This document shows, in pieces, positions 40,760 through 49,272 of a DNA stretch of 64,000 nucleotides (position 1 is the stretch's first letter; each line of letters opens with the position of its first letter). Source of the DNA: an uncultured Gemmatimonadota bacterium. Lineage in GTDB: Bacteria > Gemmatimonadota > Gemmatimonadetes > Palauibacterales > Palauibacteraceae. The translations under genes and the position numbers were made by a program. The DNA lies in the NCBI GenBank assembly GCA_964510615.1, contig CAZEBA010000009.1, positions 5,815 through 69,814 on the forward strand, read 5' to 3'. The notes beneath the pieces are model-generated. The model saw nothing but the letters and a program-made list of their open reading frames with translations. It did not search any database and had not been told where the DNA came from.

Positions 40760-43189
40760 ATGATGAGCGGACTGCTGAAGGAGCTGCGCTACGCGGTGCG
40801 AATGCTCCGCAAGAACCTGGGGACCAGCGCCATCGCCGTGCTGGCCCTGGGGCTCGGAATCGGCCTCACCACGATCATGTTCAGCATCGTCTATGGCGCG
40901 GTCTGGAAGGGTCTTCCCTTCGAGGGAGCGGAAAAGCTCGTACACCTCGAGCGCAACAACCTGTCTCGCGACATCGAGAGCATGGAGGTCCCGATCCACG
41001 ACCTACTCGACTGGCGCGAGGCGCAGACGTCGTTCGAGGGCCTCGCCGGGTTCTACTCGGGCACGGTCAACGTGGCGGGGACGGAGCGGCCGGAGCGGTA
41101 CGACGGTGCCTTCATCTCGGCCAACGGCTTCGATCTGATCCGGGTGCAGCCGGTGTTGGGACGCAAATTCCGCGAGGGAGAGGACTCGCCGGCAGCCGAC
41201 CCGGTGATGCTGCTCGGGTATCACGTCTGGCAGGACCGATGGGACTCCGACCCGAAGGTGGTCGGGAAGGTCGTCCGCGTGAATGGCGAGCAGACGACCA
41301 TCGTCGGCGTCATGCCGGACGGCTTCCGCTTCCCGCTGGCCGAGGACGTGTGGCTGCCCCTGCGCCTGGACCCTCTGGAACTGGAGCGGGGCGAAGGGAT
41401 GACGCTGGAGGTGTTCGGGCGGCTGAAGGACGGCGTGAGCCGGGACGAGGCCGCGGCCGAGATGCAGACGATCGCCAACCGGCTGGCCGAGGCCTACCCG
41501 GACACGAACGAGGGCGTCGGCGCGGTGCTGAAGCCGTACGTGGAGGAGTATATCGGCGAGGAGCCGCGCACGATGCTGTACACCATGCTCGGGGCGGTCG
41601 CTCTCGTCCTCCTGGTGGCATGCGCCAACGTGGCGAACCTGCTTCTTTCCCGTGCCGCGACCCGCTCGAAGGAGCTGGCGATCCGTAGCGCCGTGGGAGC
41701 GAGTCGCTTCCGCGTGATCCTCCAGCTCGTGGGCGAGGGCATCGTGCTCGCCGCCCTGGGCGCGGTGATCGGGATCGGCATCTCGCTCATCGGCATCGAG
41801 ATGTTCAATCGGGCGATCGAGCCGACGGACCCGCCGTTCTGGATCCAGATCGGGCTGTTTCCGCCGGTCCTGATCTTCGTCACGCTGGCGACCGTAATCG
41901 CCGGCGTGCTGTCGGGGATCCTCCCGGCCATCCAGGCTTCCGGGGGCGCCGTCAACGAGGTGCTCAAGGACGAGTCGTGGGGCTCGTCCGGATTCCGGGT
42001 CGGCAAGCTGAGCAAGGGTCTGGTCATCGGCGAGATCGCGCTCTCCCTCGGCGTGCTGGTGGCGGCGGGACTGATGATCAAGAGCGTCACCAACCTGAAG
42101 ACGATCGATCTCGGCTTCGACACCGAGACGACCTTTACGGCCCGCATGGGGCTGTTCGAGGCCGATTACCCGGACACGGCCAGCCGCCGGGAGTTCTACC
42201 GCGAGGTGCTTCGACGGGTCGAGGCGAGGCCTGGCGTGGAGGCGGCGGCGATCGTGACCGCCCTGCCGGGCGCCTGGTCGTACGGAGGCCAGTTCGCCAT
42301 CGAGGGGGAGACGTACGAGCGTGACCAGGACTACCCCCAGGCCCGGTGGGCGGTCGTCTCTCCCGACTTCCTGGACGTGTACGGTGTCCAGGTGCTGGAG
42401 GGCCGCACGTTCGGGCCGCAGGACACCTACGATGCGGTGCCGGTCGCGATCGTGAACACTAGCTTCGCCGAGAAGTTCTACCCGGACGGCTCGGCGGTCG
42501 GGAAGCGGCTGCGGCAGGGGGCCTCGGAGAGCGATGAGCCCTGGCGGACGATCGTGGGCGTAGCGCCGGACATGTACATGCAGGGGCTATCGAACCTGGA
42601 AGATGGTCCCGAGGGGGTCTACTTCCCGCTCGACCAGTACGACACCCGGTTCGCGTACGTGGCCCTGCGCTCCGGCGGGGAGGACCCGATGAGCCTGGCG
42701 GCGGGCGCCCGGGACGACGTCATGGCGGTGGACCAGGACATCCCGCTCTACTGGGTTCAGACGCACCAGGCGGCGATCGACGAGCAGACCTGGTTCTTCC
42801 GCGTCTTCGGCAACCTCTTCATGGTGTTCGGCTTCGTGGCGCTCTTCCTGGCGGCGGTCGGACTCTACGGGGTGATGTCTGCCTCGGTGAGCAACCGGAC
42901 CACCGAGATGGGCATCCGGATGGCGCTCGGTGCCCAGGGGCGGGACGTGCTGCGGCTCGTGATGAAGCAGGGCGCCGTACAGGTCGGCATCGGCATGGCG
43001 CTCGGCCTCGCCCTGGCGGCGCTGCTCTCGAAGGGCCTCGAGGTCATCCTCTTCCAGGTCGAGCCGTGGGATCCGGTAGTCTTCACCCTGATCGCCGTCG
43101 TGCTGGCGGCCGTGGGCATGGTCGCCTCCTACGTCCCCGCGCTGCGGGCCACCCGGGTCGATCCGGCGGTGGCGCTACGGTACGAGTAG
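40760..43189 (+). CDS. ABC transporter permease, duplicated FtsX/MacB-type (ADOP family)
   Basis: 809 aa with two MacB-periplasmic/FtsX modules (8 TM). The N-terminal LKELRYAVRMLRKNLGTSAIAVLALGLGIG is typical of Acidobacterial duplicated orphan permeases. Confidence 0.8.
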   Translation: MMSGLLKELRYAVRMLRKNLGTSAIAVLALGLGIGLTTIMFSIVYGAVWKGLPFEGAEKLVHLERNNLSRDIESMEVPIHDLLDWREAQTSFEGLAGFYSGTVNVAGTERPERYDGAFISANGFDLIRVQPVLGRKFREGEDSPAADPVMLLGYHVWQDRWDSDPKVVGKVVRVNGEQTTIVGVMPDGFRFPLAEDVWLPLRLDPLELERGEGMTLEVFGRLKDGVSRDEAAAEMQTIANRLAEAYPDTNEGVGAVLKPYVEEYIGEEPRTMLYTMLGAVALVLLVACANVANLLLSRAATRSKELAIRSAVGASRFRVILQLVGEGIVLAALGAVIGIGISLIGIEMFNRAIEPTDPPFWIQIGLFPPVLIFVTLATVIAGVLSGILPAIQASGGAVNEVLKDESWGSSGFRVGKLSKGLVIGEIALSLGVLVAAGLMIKSVTNLKTIDLGFDTETTFTARMGLFEADYPDTASRREFYREVLRRVEARPGVEAAAIVTALPGAWSYGGQFAIEGETYERDQDYPQARWAVVSPDFLDVYGVQVLEGRTFGPQDTYDAVPVAIVNTSFAEKFYPDGSAVGKRLRQGASESDEPWRTIVGVAPDMYMQGLSNLEDGPEGVYFPLDQYDTRFAYVALRSGGEDPMSLAAGARDDVMAVDQDIPLYWVQTHQAAIDEQTWFFRVFGNLFMVFGFVALFLAAVGLYGVMSASVSNRTTEMGIRMALGAQGRDVLRLVMKQGAVQVGIGMALGLALAALLSKGLEVILFQVEPWDPVVFTLIAVVLAAVGMVASYVPALRATRVDPAVALRYE

Positions 43190-43211
43190 GCGGCGCGGCA
43201 TTCGGCGGCCG

Positions 43212-43493
43212 TCAGGACTCCGGCTCCGCGGCCGCCGACAGCAGCTTCTCCTGGAACCGCTGCACCTCCGCCACCTTCTCCAGCTCCGCCTCGGTGTTGG
43301 CCTGCTGCTGCTCGAGGAGCGCGACCCGCTGCTCGAGGAGCGCCACATGCTGCCCCGCGCCCTGCGCCTCCTTCATCCGCGCCACGGCCTCGGCGATCGG
43401 CTTCAGGGCGAAGCGCGCCGTGAAGCCGGTGATCGGGATCAGGATCGTCAGCATCCCCATGACGATCGCCACGATCGGTATCAGCTCTCCCAT
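43212..43493 (-). CDS. Small membrane-anchored coiled-coil protein (PspB-like architecture)
   Basis: 93 aa with an N-terminal TM helix, then ARMKEAQGAGQHVALLEQRVALLEQQQ. The assignment is by architecture only. Confidence 0.35.
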   Translation of the reverse strand: MGELIPIVAIVMGMLTILIPITGFTARFALKPIAEAVARMKEAQGAGQHVALLEQRVALLEQQQANTEAELEKVAEVQRFQEKLLSAAAEPES

Positions 43494-43597
43494 CGATCCG
43501 CTCTCCCTACGGTTGTGTCGGGTTGCCGCTCGTGGTGACGGCCGGCCGCAGCGAAGGACGGCGGCAGCCCGCTCGTCGCGTCTAACCTAGAGAAGCA

Positions 43598-44671
43598 CTA
43601 GCCGTCGATCGACTCGCCGCCCGCCGGCTCGCCGTCGGCCTCGAGGATCCTCTCGACCAGCTCCGGATCGTCCGGTACCAGCCCCGAGGGAACGAGACGC
43701 GGTACCAGTTCGCGCCACTCGGCCCGAAGCTCGTACGCGCGCGCGAACAGCGGAAGCGCCTCGTCCAGCCGCCCGGCGAGAACGAGCGTCACGGCGTGCC
43801 AGAAGATCGGCTCCGATCTCCCGGGCAGGAGCTCCTCGCCCCGCGCGTACTCGGCGAGGGCCTGCTCGATCTCGCCCTCGGCGAAGTAGTCGTCCCCGCG
43901 GCTCATGTGCCGGTAACCGCGGGCCACCAGCAGAATCCGCCGAAGCTCGGCCAGCGGCTCCGGATGGTCCTCCACCCGCAGGTCGAAGAGCCGGTCCCTC
44001 CAGGGCCTGCCCGAGGGATCGGCCGCGACCACCAACAGGGCGGCACTCTGTCTTCCGCGGATGTCGCCGCCCTCGGCCTCCGCCGCCTCCAGCGCCACCA
44101 GCAACCGCTCCGCCAGGTCCCCCGGCGCCTCGCCGTACGCACGCACCATCGCCTCGCACACGGTAGGGTTTCGCATCAGGTTGGCCTGCACGGTGAAGCC
44201 GGGGCCGGTCTCCTCGCACGCCTCGGCGATCGCCGACGCCCCGGTGTACACGGCTGTCTCGCCCGTCGCATCGACCATCCCGACCTGCCTCACCTCCGGC
44301 GTCGGGTCGGCGGCGATCAGTCCGGTCAGCGCCTCCGGCGCCGTTCTGCCGGTCCGCATCATCTCGAGCCCCAGAGAACCATAGGAAGGCTCGACGAACG
44401 ACTGCGTGGCCACGGCCCCGACCCCGCTCTCCGCCCACGGCACGACCGAGCCGACCGAGAACCAGTGCGACTGCACGGCGACGCCCATCTCGCCCGTCTC
44501 CGGGTCGCGCGCCACGATCGAGTAGGTGGACACGGGGCGTACGGACACACCGGAACGCTCCCCGGCCTCCTGCGCGACGGCCGGCGCGACGGCGGGAGCC
44601 GCGGCCGAGCCGAAGGTCGCCGCGACGGCCAGCGCGGCGAGGGACGGGCTCGAACGAGCAGCTCGAATCAT
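43598..44671 (-). CDS. DUF1028 family protein (Ntn-hydrolase-like), secreted
   Basis: STYSIVARDPETGEMGVAVQS matches the DUF1028 N-terminal signature after a signal peptide. The start MIRAAR overlaps the upstream hydrolase stop (ATGA). Confidence 0.65.
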   Translation of the reverse strand: MIRAARSSPSLAALAVAATFGSAAAPAVAPAVAQEAGERSGVSVRPVSTYSIVARDPETGEMGVAVQSHWFSVGSVVPWAESGVGAVATQSFVEPSYGSLGLEMMRTGRTAPEALTGLIAADPTPEVRQVGMVDATGETAVYTGASAIAEACEETGPGFTVQANLMRNPTVCEAMVRAYGEAPGDLAERLLVALEAAEAEGGDIRGRQSAALLVVAADPSGRPWRDRLFDLRVEDHPEPLAELRRILLVARGYRHMSRGDDYFAEGEIEQALAEYARGEELLPGRSEPIFWHAVTLVLAGRLDEALPLFARAYELRAEWRELVPRLVPSGLVPDDPELVERILEADGEPAGGESIDG

Positions 44672-45489
44672 GCGACGTCTCCTTCCTCGGGCTGAGCCGT
44701 GGTTCTCCAATCGGTCAGGAGCTTCGCCACGTCCAGGTTGGGAGCCAGCAGGCAGCCGTGTCCGTGGCCTTCCAAGATGCGCAAGGCCGCGTTCGGGATC
44801 CTATCGGCCATGTAGAGGGCCTGCTGCACCGACGGGACGAGATGGTCCCGATCCGCCGCGAGCAGCAGGGTCGGCGCCGTGATCTCGCACAGGGAACCCC
44901 GGAGATCGTACTCCTGGAGGATCCGGAGCCGGCCGAGGTAGCCCTCCCGGGTCGTGTCGGCCGTCAGCTCCAGAAACCTACGGATCTCGTCTCTGTGCGT
45001 GTAGCGGGAGTGCATGCGCGTGGCCGTCGCACGCCGCACCAGCGCCATCGTCTTCCAGGGGAACGTACGGATCCAGGCGATGGCCAGCTTCAGACGAAGC
45101 TGCGGGCGGAAGAACGGGAACGCATTGAGGACGACCAGCCGCTCCACCAGCTCGGGCCGCGTCAGCGCGAACGACATGGAGAGCGCCCCGCCGAAGGACT
45201 CGCCGAACACCAGGGCCGGCCGCCCGCCTCGCGAAACGAAGCGCACCACGCCCGCAAGATCGTCCACCAGCTCGGCCATGGTGGCAGCCGAGTCGCGAAG
45301 CGTGTAGGTGGTGACCCGATACTCCCTCGACAGCCGGGGGAGTTGGCGATAGAACAGCCGGCCCGTTCCATCCATCCCCGGAACGTAGACGAAGGGCGGG
45401 CCTTCGCCTTGGACGGCGATGCGAGGGTCGTACCCGTGCGCGACCGGCGGCGTGGCCGACCGGGCAAGCACTTCCCGCCGTCTGGACAT
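44668..45489 (-). CDS. Alpha/beta hydrolase
   Basis: Start MSRRREVLAR, nucleophile elbow GESFGG, and a later HGHGCL His motif. 274 aa after trimming the antisense extension. Confidence 0.75.
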   Translation of the reverse strand: MSRRREVLARSATPPVAHGYDPRIAVQGEGPPFVYVPGMDGTGRLFYRQLPRLSREYRVTTYTLRDSAATMAELVDDLAGVVRFVSRGGRPALVFGESFGGALSMSFALTRPELVERLVVLNAFPFFRPQLRLKLAIAWIRTFPWKTMALVRRATATRMHSRYTHRDEIRRFLELTADTTREGYLGRLRILQEYDLRGSLCEITAPTLLLAADRDHLVPSVQQALYMADRIPNAALRILEGHGHGCLLAPNLDVAKLLTDWRTTAQPEEGDVA

Positions 45490-45519
45490 TTGGGGGGAAG
45501 CCAACTCTAGATTCCTCCC

Positions 45520-46293
45520 ATGTCGATGCAGGCGAATCGCTCCAGGAAAGTGGCCCGAGCTCTTTGGACGGTGCTCACCGGATTCATCGTCGAAAGCTTC
45601 CTGCTCGCCGCCTCGGCGCTGCCGGCGGTCGTGTTCTGGGAGTGGCACTTCCACTGGCCGTATCCGGCAGGCTGGGTGCGCATCTTCGTTCTCGCCCTCG
45701 CCTTCGTTCCGGCCTACCTGCTGTTCGCCTTCGGGCTGATGGTCTCCTCGGCCCTCGTCACCGGACTGCTGGGCTGGCGCACCCCTCCCGGTGTCGAGCT
45801 CCGCATCTCGGACCTGGAATGGCCGCTGCTGCGTTGGGCCCGTTACCAGGTGTCGCAGCACATCGTACGGCTGTTCGCCGGCGCGTTCTACCGCTCGACT
45901 CCGGTTTGGTCGTTCTACCTCAAGCTGAACGGTGCCCGGCTGGGCCGGGCGGTGTTCGTGAACAGCCTGGCGATGATGGACCATAACCTGCTGGAGTTCG
46001 GAGATCACGTGGTGATCGGCTCCGACGTGCACCTTTCGGGACACACGGTAGAGGCCGGGATCGTCAAGACGGCTCGCGTGCGTCTCGGTAACAACGTCAC
46101 GGTGGGCACCGGCAGCGTGGTCGGGATCGGAGTGGAGATCGGAGACGACACGCAGGTGGGAGCGCTGAGCGTCGTGCCGAAGCACAGGCGATTGGCGGCT
46201 AACGCCACCTATGTGGGCGTCCCGGTGCGCCGGATCGACGCGCCGGAGCCGAGCGAGCTCATGCCGAGGGAGGTGTCTCTGGGGCCTCCCTAG
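45520..46293 (+). CDS. Membrane protein with C-terminal left-handed beta-helix (hexapeptide-repeat acyltransferase-like) domain
   Basis: N-terminal ~100 aa with 3 TM helices. The C-terminal region has hexapeptide repeats ([LIV]-G-x4), for example VVIGSDVHLSGHTVEAGIV and VTVGTGSVVGIGVEIGDDTQVGALSVV. Confidence 0.5.
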   Translation: MSMQANRSRKVARALWTVLTGFIVESFLLAASALPAVVFWEWHFHWPYPAGWVRIFVLALAFVPAYLLFAFGLMVSSALVTGLLGWRTPPGVELRISDLEWPLLRWARYQVSQHIVRLFAGAFYRSTPVWSFYLKLNGARLGRAVFVNSLAMMDHNLLEFGDHVVIGSDVHLSGHTVEAGIVKTARVRLGNNVTVGTGSVVGIGVEIGDDTQVGALSVVPKHRRLAANATYVGVPVRRIDAPEPSELMPREVSLGPP

Positions 46294-46693
46294 TGACCCG
46301 ACCGGCTACGGTGGCAGCGACCCAGGCGGCGAGCGCCACCGGCGCGCCCAGGACGGTCCAGCCGAAGGCCACGGGATACCGGTCGCCGGGGTACAGGATG
46401 GCCGGCGCGACCTCGGAAGCGAGCAGGGCGATCCCGCCGCCGACCGCCAGCAGCAGCAGACCCACCCAGCGCTTCCGCGTCGCGACGCCCGCCACTGCCG
46501 ACCAGGTCCCGAGCAGGACCGCGAGCAGAAAGCCCGAGCCGGCCATGAGCGCCCGGTAGGGATGGGCCAGCGGCCCGCCGGCCGGACCGACCTCGCCGGC
46601 GCCAGGCATCAGGCCCAGTCGCGCCGACAGGACCACGGCCGCAAGCAGGAGAAGGTAGATGGCGCCGCCCCTGAAGATCAGTTTCTTCTGCAT
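46259..46693 (-). CDS. Hypothetical 4-TM membrane protein
   Basis: 144 aa with four hydrophobic segments and no recognised family. Its 3' end overlaps the preceding gene by 35 bp, so one of the two termini may be mis-set. Confidence 0.35.
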   Translation of the reverse strand: MQKKLIFRGGAIYLLLLAAVVLSARLGLMPGAGEVGPAGGPLAHPYRALMAGSGFLLAVLLGTWSAVAGVATRKRWVGLLLLAVGGGIALLASEVAPAILYPGDRYPVAFGWTVLGAPVALAAWVAATVAGRVTREAPETPPSA

Positions 46694-46775
46694 CGTGCTC
46701 TCCGCCGGCCTCGAGGATCGGACCTCAAGGTACGCGAAGTACTTTGCACTGTAAAGTGACGACTGGCTTGTAGCG

Positions 46776-47840
46776 CTACGCCGGCAGATCCGTTCGCTCC
46801 ACCCCTTCGATCCCCGTCACCAGATCCGGACCGAACGCACGCGCCGGCGTCTGAAACCCGGGCGGCGCCTCCCCGGCCAGGACTCGAGCCGCGATCTCCA
46901 GCGCTGCCAGCGCGGTGAAGGCGTACGCCTCCGGTCCGACCTGAAGGGACGCGGCCGAGCGGCCTTCGTCGTCGGCGACCTCCCCGTAGGCCCGGGTCTC
47001 GCCCCGCGCCCGCTCGCCGGCGCTCGGTCCGGTCGCTCGGCGGCGCACGGCCCGAGCGATGATCCGACCGGCGAGGGGGCTGCGGAGCAGCCAGCCCAGC
47101 CGATCCGTGGCGCGGAGGGCGCGCTGCAGTCCCGCCGGACCGGCGCCATACACTTCGATCTCCCCGATTCCGGTGCTGTAGTAGGCCGTCGAGACGTCGC
47201 CGAACGGAAGGGTGACCGCCGTGCGCCGGCCGGTGCCGAAGTCGAAGGAGCGCGTCTTCCACCCGGCCGGCACCGGCGTCAGCCGGCCCTCGCGTCGGAC
47301 CCAACCGCCCCGGCCCAGCTGCTCCGCCATCGTCAGCGCCGTTCCCCTCGAGATCCGACTGTGCGAGAGAACCGCCAGGGTCAGCCGACGGGCGGTGGGA
47401 AGCCGCGACTTCAGGTGCACGGCGAGGCAGTCGGTCGGCACCACGTCGAAGCCGACGCCGGGCAGCACCATCACCTCGGCCTCCCGGGCGTCGGCGTCCA
47501 GGGACGCCGCAGCCTCGAAGACGGAGATCTCGCCGGTGATGTCCAGGTAGTGGCGTCCCGACCTCAGGCAGGCCTCTGCCATCGGGCGGAAGGTGCGCGA
47601 GAACGGTCCCGCACAGTGAAGCACCAGGGGCACGTCGGCCAAGGCGGTGTCCAGGCCCGCTGCATCGTCCAGCGAAACGACCCGGTACGGCAGGCCGAGC
47701 TGCTCGGCCTGCCCGGCGAGCGCCTCCCCGTCCCTGCCGGCCAACAGCGGCTGCAGGCCCCGCTCACGGGCCAGCCGGGCGATCAGGCGTCCGGTGTAGC
47801 CGTAGGAACCATAGAGGAGAAAGCGGCCCGGTTCGCTCAC
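46776..47840 (-). CDS. Saccharopine dehydrogenase NADP-binding domain family protein
   Basis: Rossmann LLYGSYGYTGRLIARLA, followed by HCAGPF, YLDITGE and MVLPGVGFDVVPTD blocks. The likely start is GTG at 47840 immediately after the 15-bp repeats. An ATG at 47951 would give a repeat-encoded N-terminus. Confidence 0.65.
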   Translation of the reverse strand: MSEPGRFLLYGSYGYTGRLIARLARERGLQPLLAGRDGEALAGQAEQLGLPYRVVSLDDAAGLDTALADVPLVLHCAGPFSRTFRPMAEACLRSGRHYLDITGEISVFEAAASLDADAREAEVMVLPGVGFDVVPTDCLAVHLKSRLPTARRLTLAVLSHSRISRGTALTMAEQLGRGGWVRREGRLTPVPAGWKTRSFDFGTGRRTAVTLPFGDVSTAYYSTGIGEIEVYGAGPAGLQRALRATDRLGWLLRSPLAGRIIARAVRRRATGPSAGERARGETRAYGEVADDEGRSAASLQVGPEAYAFTALAALEIAARVLAGEAPPGFQTPARAFGPDLVTGIEGVERTDLPA

Positions 47841-47905
47841 GCCGGCCCGCTCACAGCCGGCCCGCTCACAGCCGACCCGCTCACGGCCGGCCCCTCCACG
47901 CCCGG
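47841..47905. repeat. 15-bp tandem repeat GCCGGCCCGCTCACA x~4 (degenerating) at the 5' end of the saccharopine-DH-family gene
   Basis: Read directly: gccggcccgctcaca / gccggcccgctcaca / gccgacccgctcacg / gccggcccctccacg. Confidence 0.5.
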
Positions 47906-47962
47906 CCGTCCGTCGGCCGACCGGGCCCGGGGGGGCTTCGCGGCGCCCCATCTTCGCCTCCT

Positions 47963-48796
47963 TTACGAAGCGGGCTTGCGGGCGCGGATGAAGGCGGACA
48001 TGAACTTCTCGTCGACCGCCGGTGCGACGGCCTCCGGGTCCAGACCGGCCGCCGAGAGGAACTCGCCGGCGTCCGCCGCCCGGTAGATCCGGGTGGGTTC
48101 GATCTCGATGGCCGTGAAGCCCGCCTCGGCCAGCAGCCGGACGTATTCCTGCTCAGCGAGCGCGCCGGCCAGACAGCCGACCCAGAGCTCCACGCTCCTC
48201 CGGATCGCTTCGGGAACCAGCCCCCGAACCACGATGTCGGAGATCGCCAGCCGCCCTCCGGGCCGCAGGACGCGGAACGCCTCGGCCAGCACCCTTGGCT
48301 TGTCCGCCGAGAGGTTGATCACGCAGTTGGAGATCACGACGTCGACGGATTCGGCAGGCAGGGGGATCGCCTCGATCTCCCCCTTGAGAAACTCGACGTT
48401 CTCCACTCCGGCCTGTCGCTGGTTCTGACGGGCCAGCTCCAGCATCTCATCGGTCATGTCGAGTCCGTAGGCCATGCCCCCCGGCCCGACCCGTCGGGCG
48501 GAAAGCAGCACGTCGATCCCGCCTCCCGAACCGAGATCCAGCACCGTCTCTCCCGCCCCCAGCTCGGCCAGCGCTGTCGGGTTCCCACACCCCAGGGAGG
48601 CGAGGACCGCCGCCTCCGGCAGGGTCGCGGTCTCGCCGCTCGTATACAGGTTCGCCGTGATCGGATCCGCCCGCGTAGCTCCGCTGCAGTCGCTCTCCTC
48701 GCTCCCGCAGCACCCCGTCCGCTCACCGCGCACCACCTCGCTCGCGGCCTTTCCGTAGCGCGCCCGCACGGCCTCTCGAATCTTCGTCCCGCTCAT
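47963..48796 (-). CDS. arsM: Arsenite S-adenosylmethionine methyltransferase
   Basis: N-terminal cysteine pairs (GCCGS...CSG), SAM motif VLDLGSGGG, and conserved Cys in SNCVINL. Confidence 0.8.
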   Translation of the reverse strand: MSGTKIREAVRARYGKAASEVVRGERTGCCGSEESDCSGATRADPITANLYTSGETATLPEAAVLASLGCGNPTALAELGAGETVLDLGSGGGIDVLLSARRVGPGGMAYGLDMTDEMLELARQNQRQAGVENVEFLKGEIEAIPLPAESVDVVISNCVINLSADKPRVLAEAFRVLRPGGRLAISDIVVRGLVPEAIRRSVELWVGCLAGALAEQEYVRLLAEAGFTAIEIEPTRIYRAADAGEFLSAAGLDPEAVAPAVDEKFMSAFIRARKPAS

Positions 48797-48821
48797 CGTT
48801 CCGCTCCTCGCTCGGGCCGTC

Positions 48822-49157
48822 TCAGCAGCATGCGGCGTCCGTCTCCGCCGCCGCCTCCTGGCAAGCCTCCCGCAGCCTCGCCAAGGTCTCCTCCAGGTTC
48901 CCGAGCATCGTCTCGTTCAGGGAATAGTAGATCCACTTCCCCTTCCGCGCCGGCACGACCACACCGGCCTCCCGGAGCGTCTTCAGATGGAAGGAGAGCA
49001 GCGGCTGCTTCGCGCCGATCTCGTCGGCGAGATCGCACACGCAGAGCGACCCTCCCGAGAGCCGCTCCACGATGCGCAGCCGCTTCTCGTCGCCGAGGGC
49101 GCGAAACGCCGCCGACGCCCGCTGGGCTCCATCCACTGCCCGCCCAAGTCGCCTCAC
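48822..49157 (-). CDS. arsR: ArsR/SmtB family metalloregulator
   Basis: HTH with the CVC metal(loid)-binding motif (LCVCDLADEIGAKQPLLSFHLKTLREAGVV) and a C-terminal Cys pair. Confidence 0.8.
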   Translation of the reverse strand: MRRLGRAVDGAQRASAAFRALGDEKRLRIVERLSGGSLCVCDLADEIGAKQPLLSFHLKTLREAGVVVPARKGKWIYYSLNETMLGNLEETLARLREACQEAAAETDAACC

Positions 49158-49195
49158 TCTTCCCTCTGCCTGTTATTGACGCTCCCTTCGCATGG

Positions 49196-49240
49196 CTCAA
49201 CATATCAATATTTGTTGATTTGTCAACTGCCCGCTGGTTG
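49196..49240. promoter_or_regulatory. AT-rich imperfect inverted repeat (ACATATCAATATTTGTTGATTTGT) in the arsR / argC divergent promoter; candidate ArsR operator
   Basis: ATCAA-N6-TTGAT core with flanking symmetry. ~30% GC in a ~70% GC genome. Confidence 0.35.
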
Positions 49241-49272
49241 CATGTTTATGCGACATGGGAGTATGATTATGC

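Noticed and set aside
44672-44710. DUF1028 start at 44710 (MENHGSARGRRRRM)
   Set aside because: The downstream ATG at 44671 gives a classic signal peptide and an ATGA overlap with the hydrolase stop. The upstream extension would overlap the hydrolase coding region by 43 bp.
46694-46775. Imperfect 17-bp palindrome ACTTTGCACTGTAAAGT upstream of the 4-TM ORF
   Set aside because: Three mismatches in the arms. It more likely reflects a sigma70-like -35/-10 (TTTACA-N17-TACCTT on the minus strand) than an operator, and is too weak to call.
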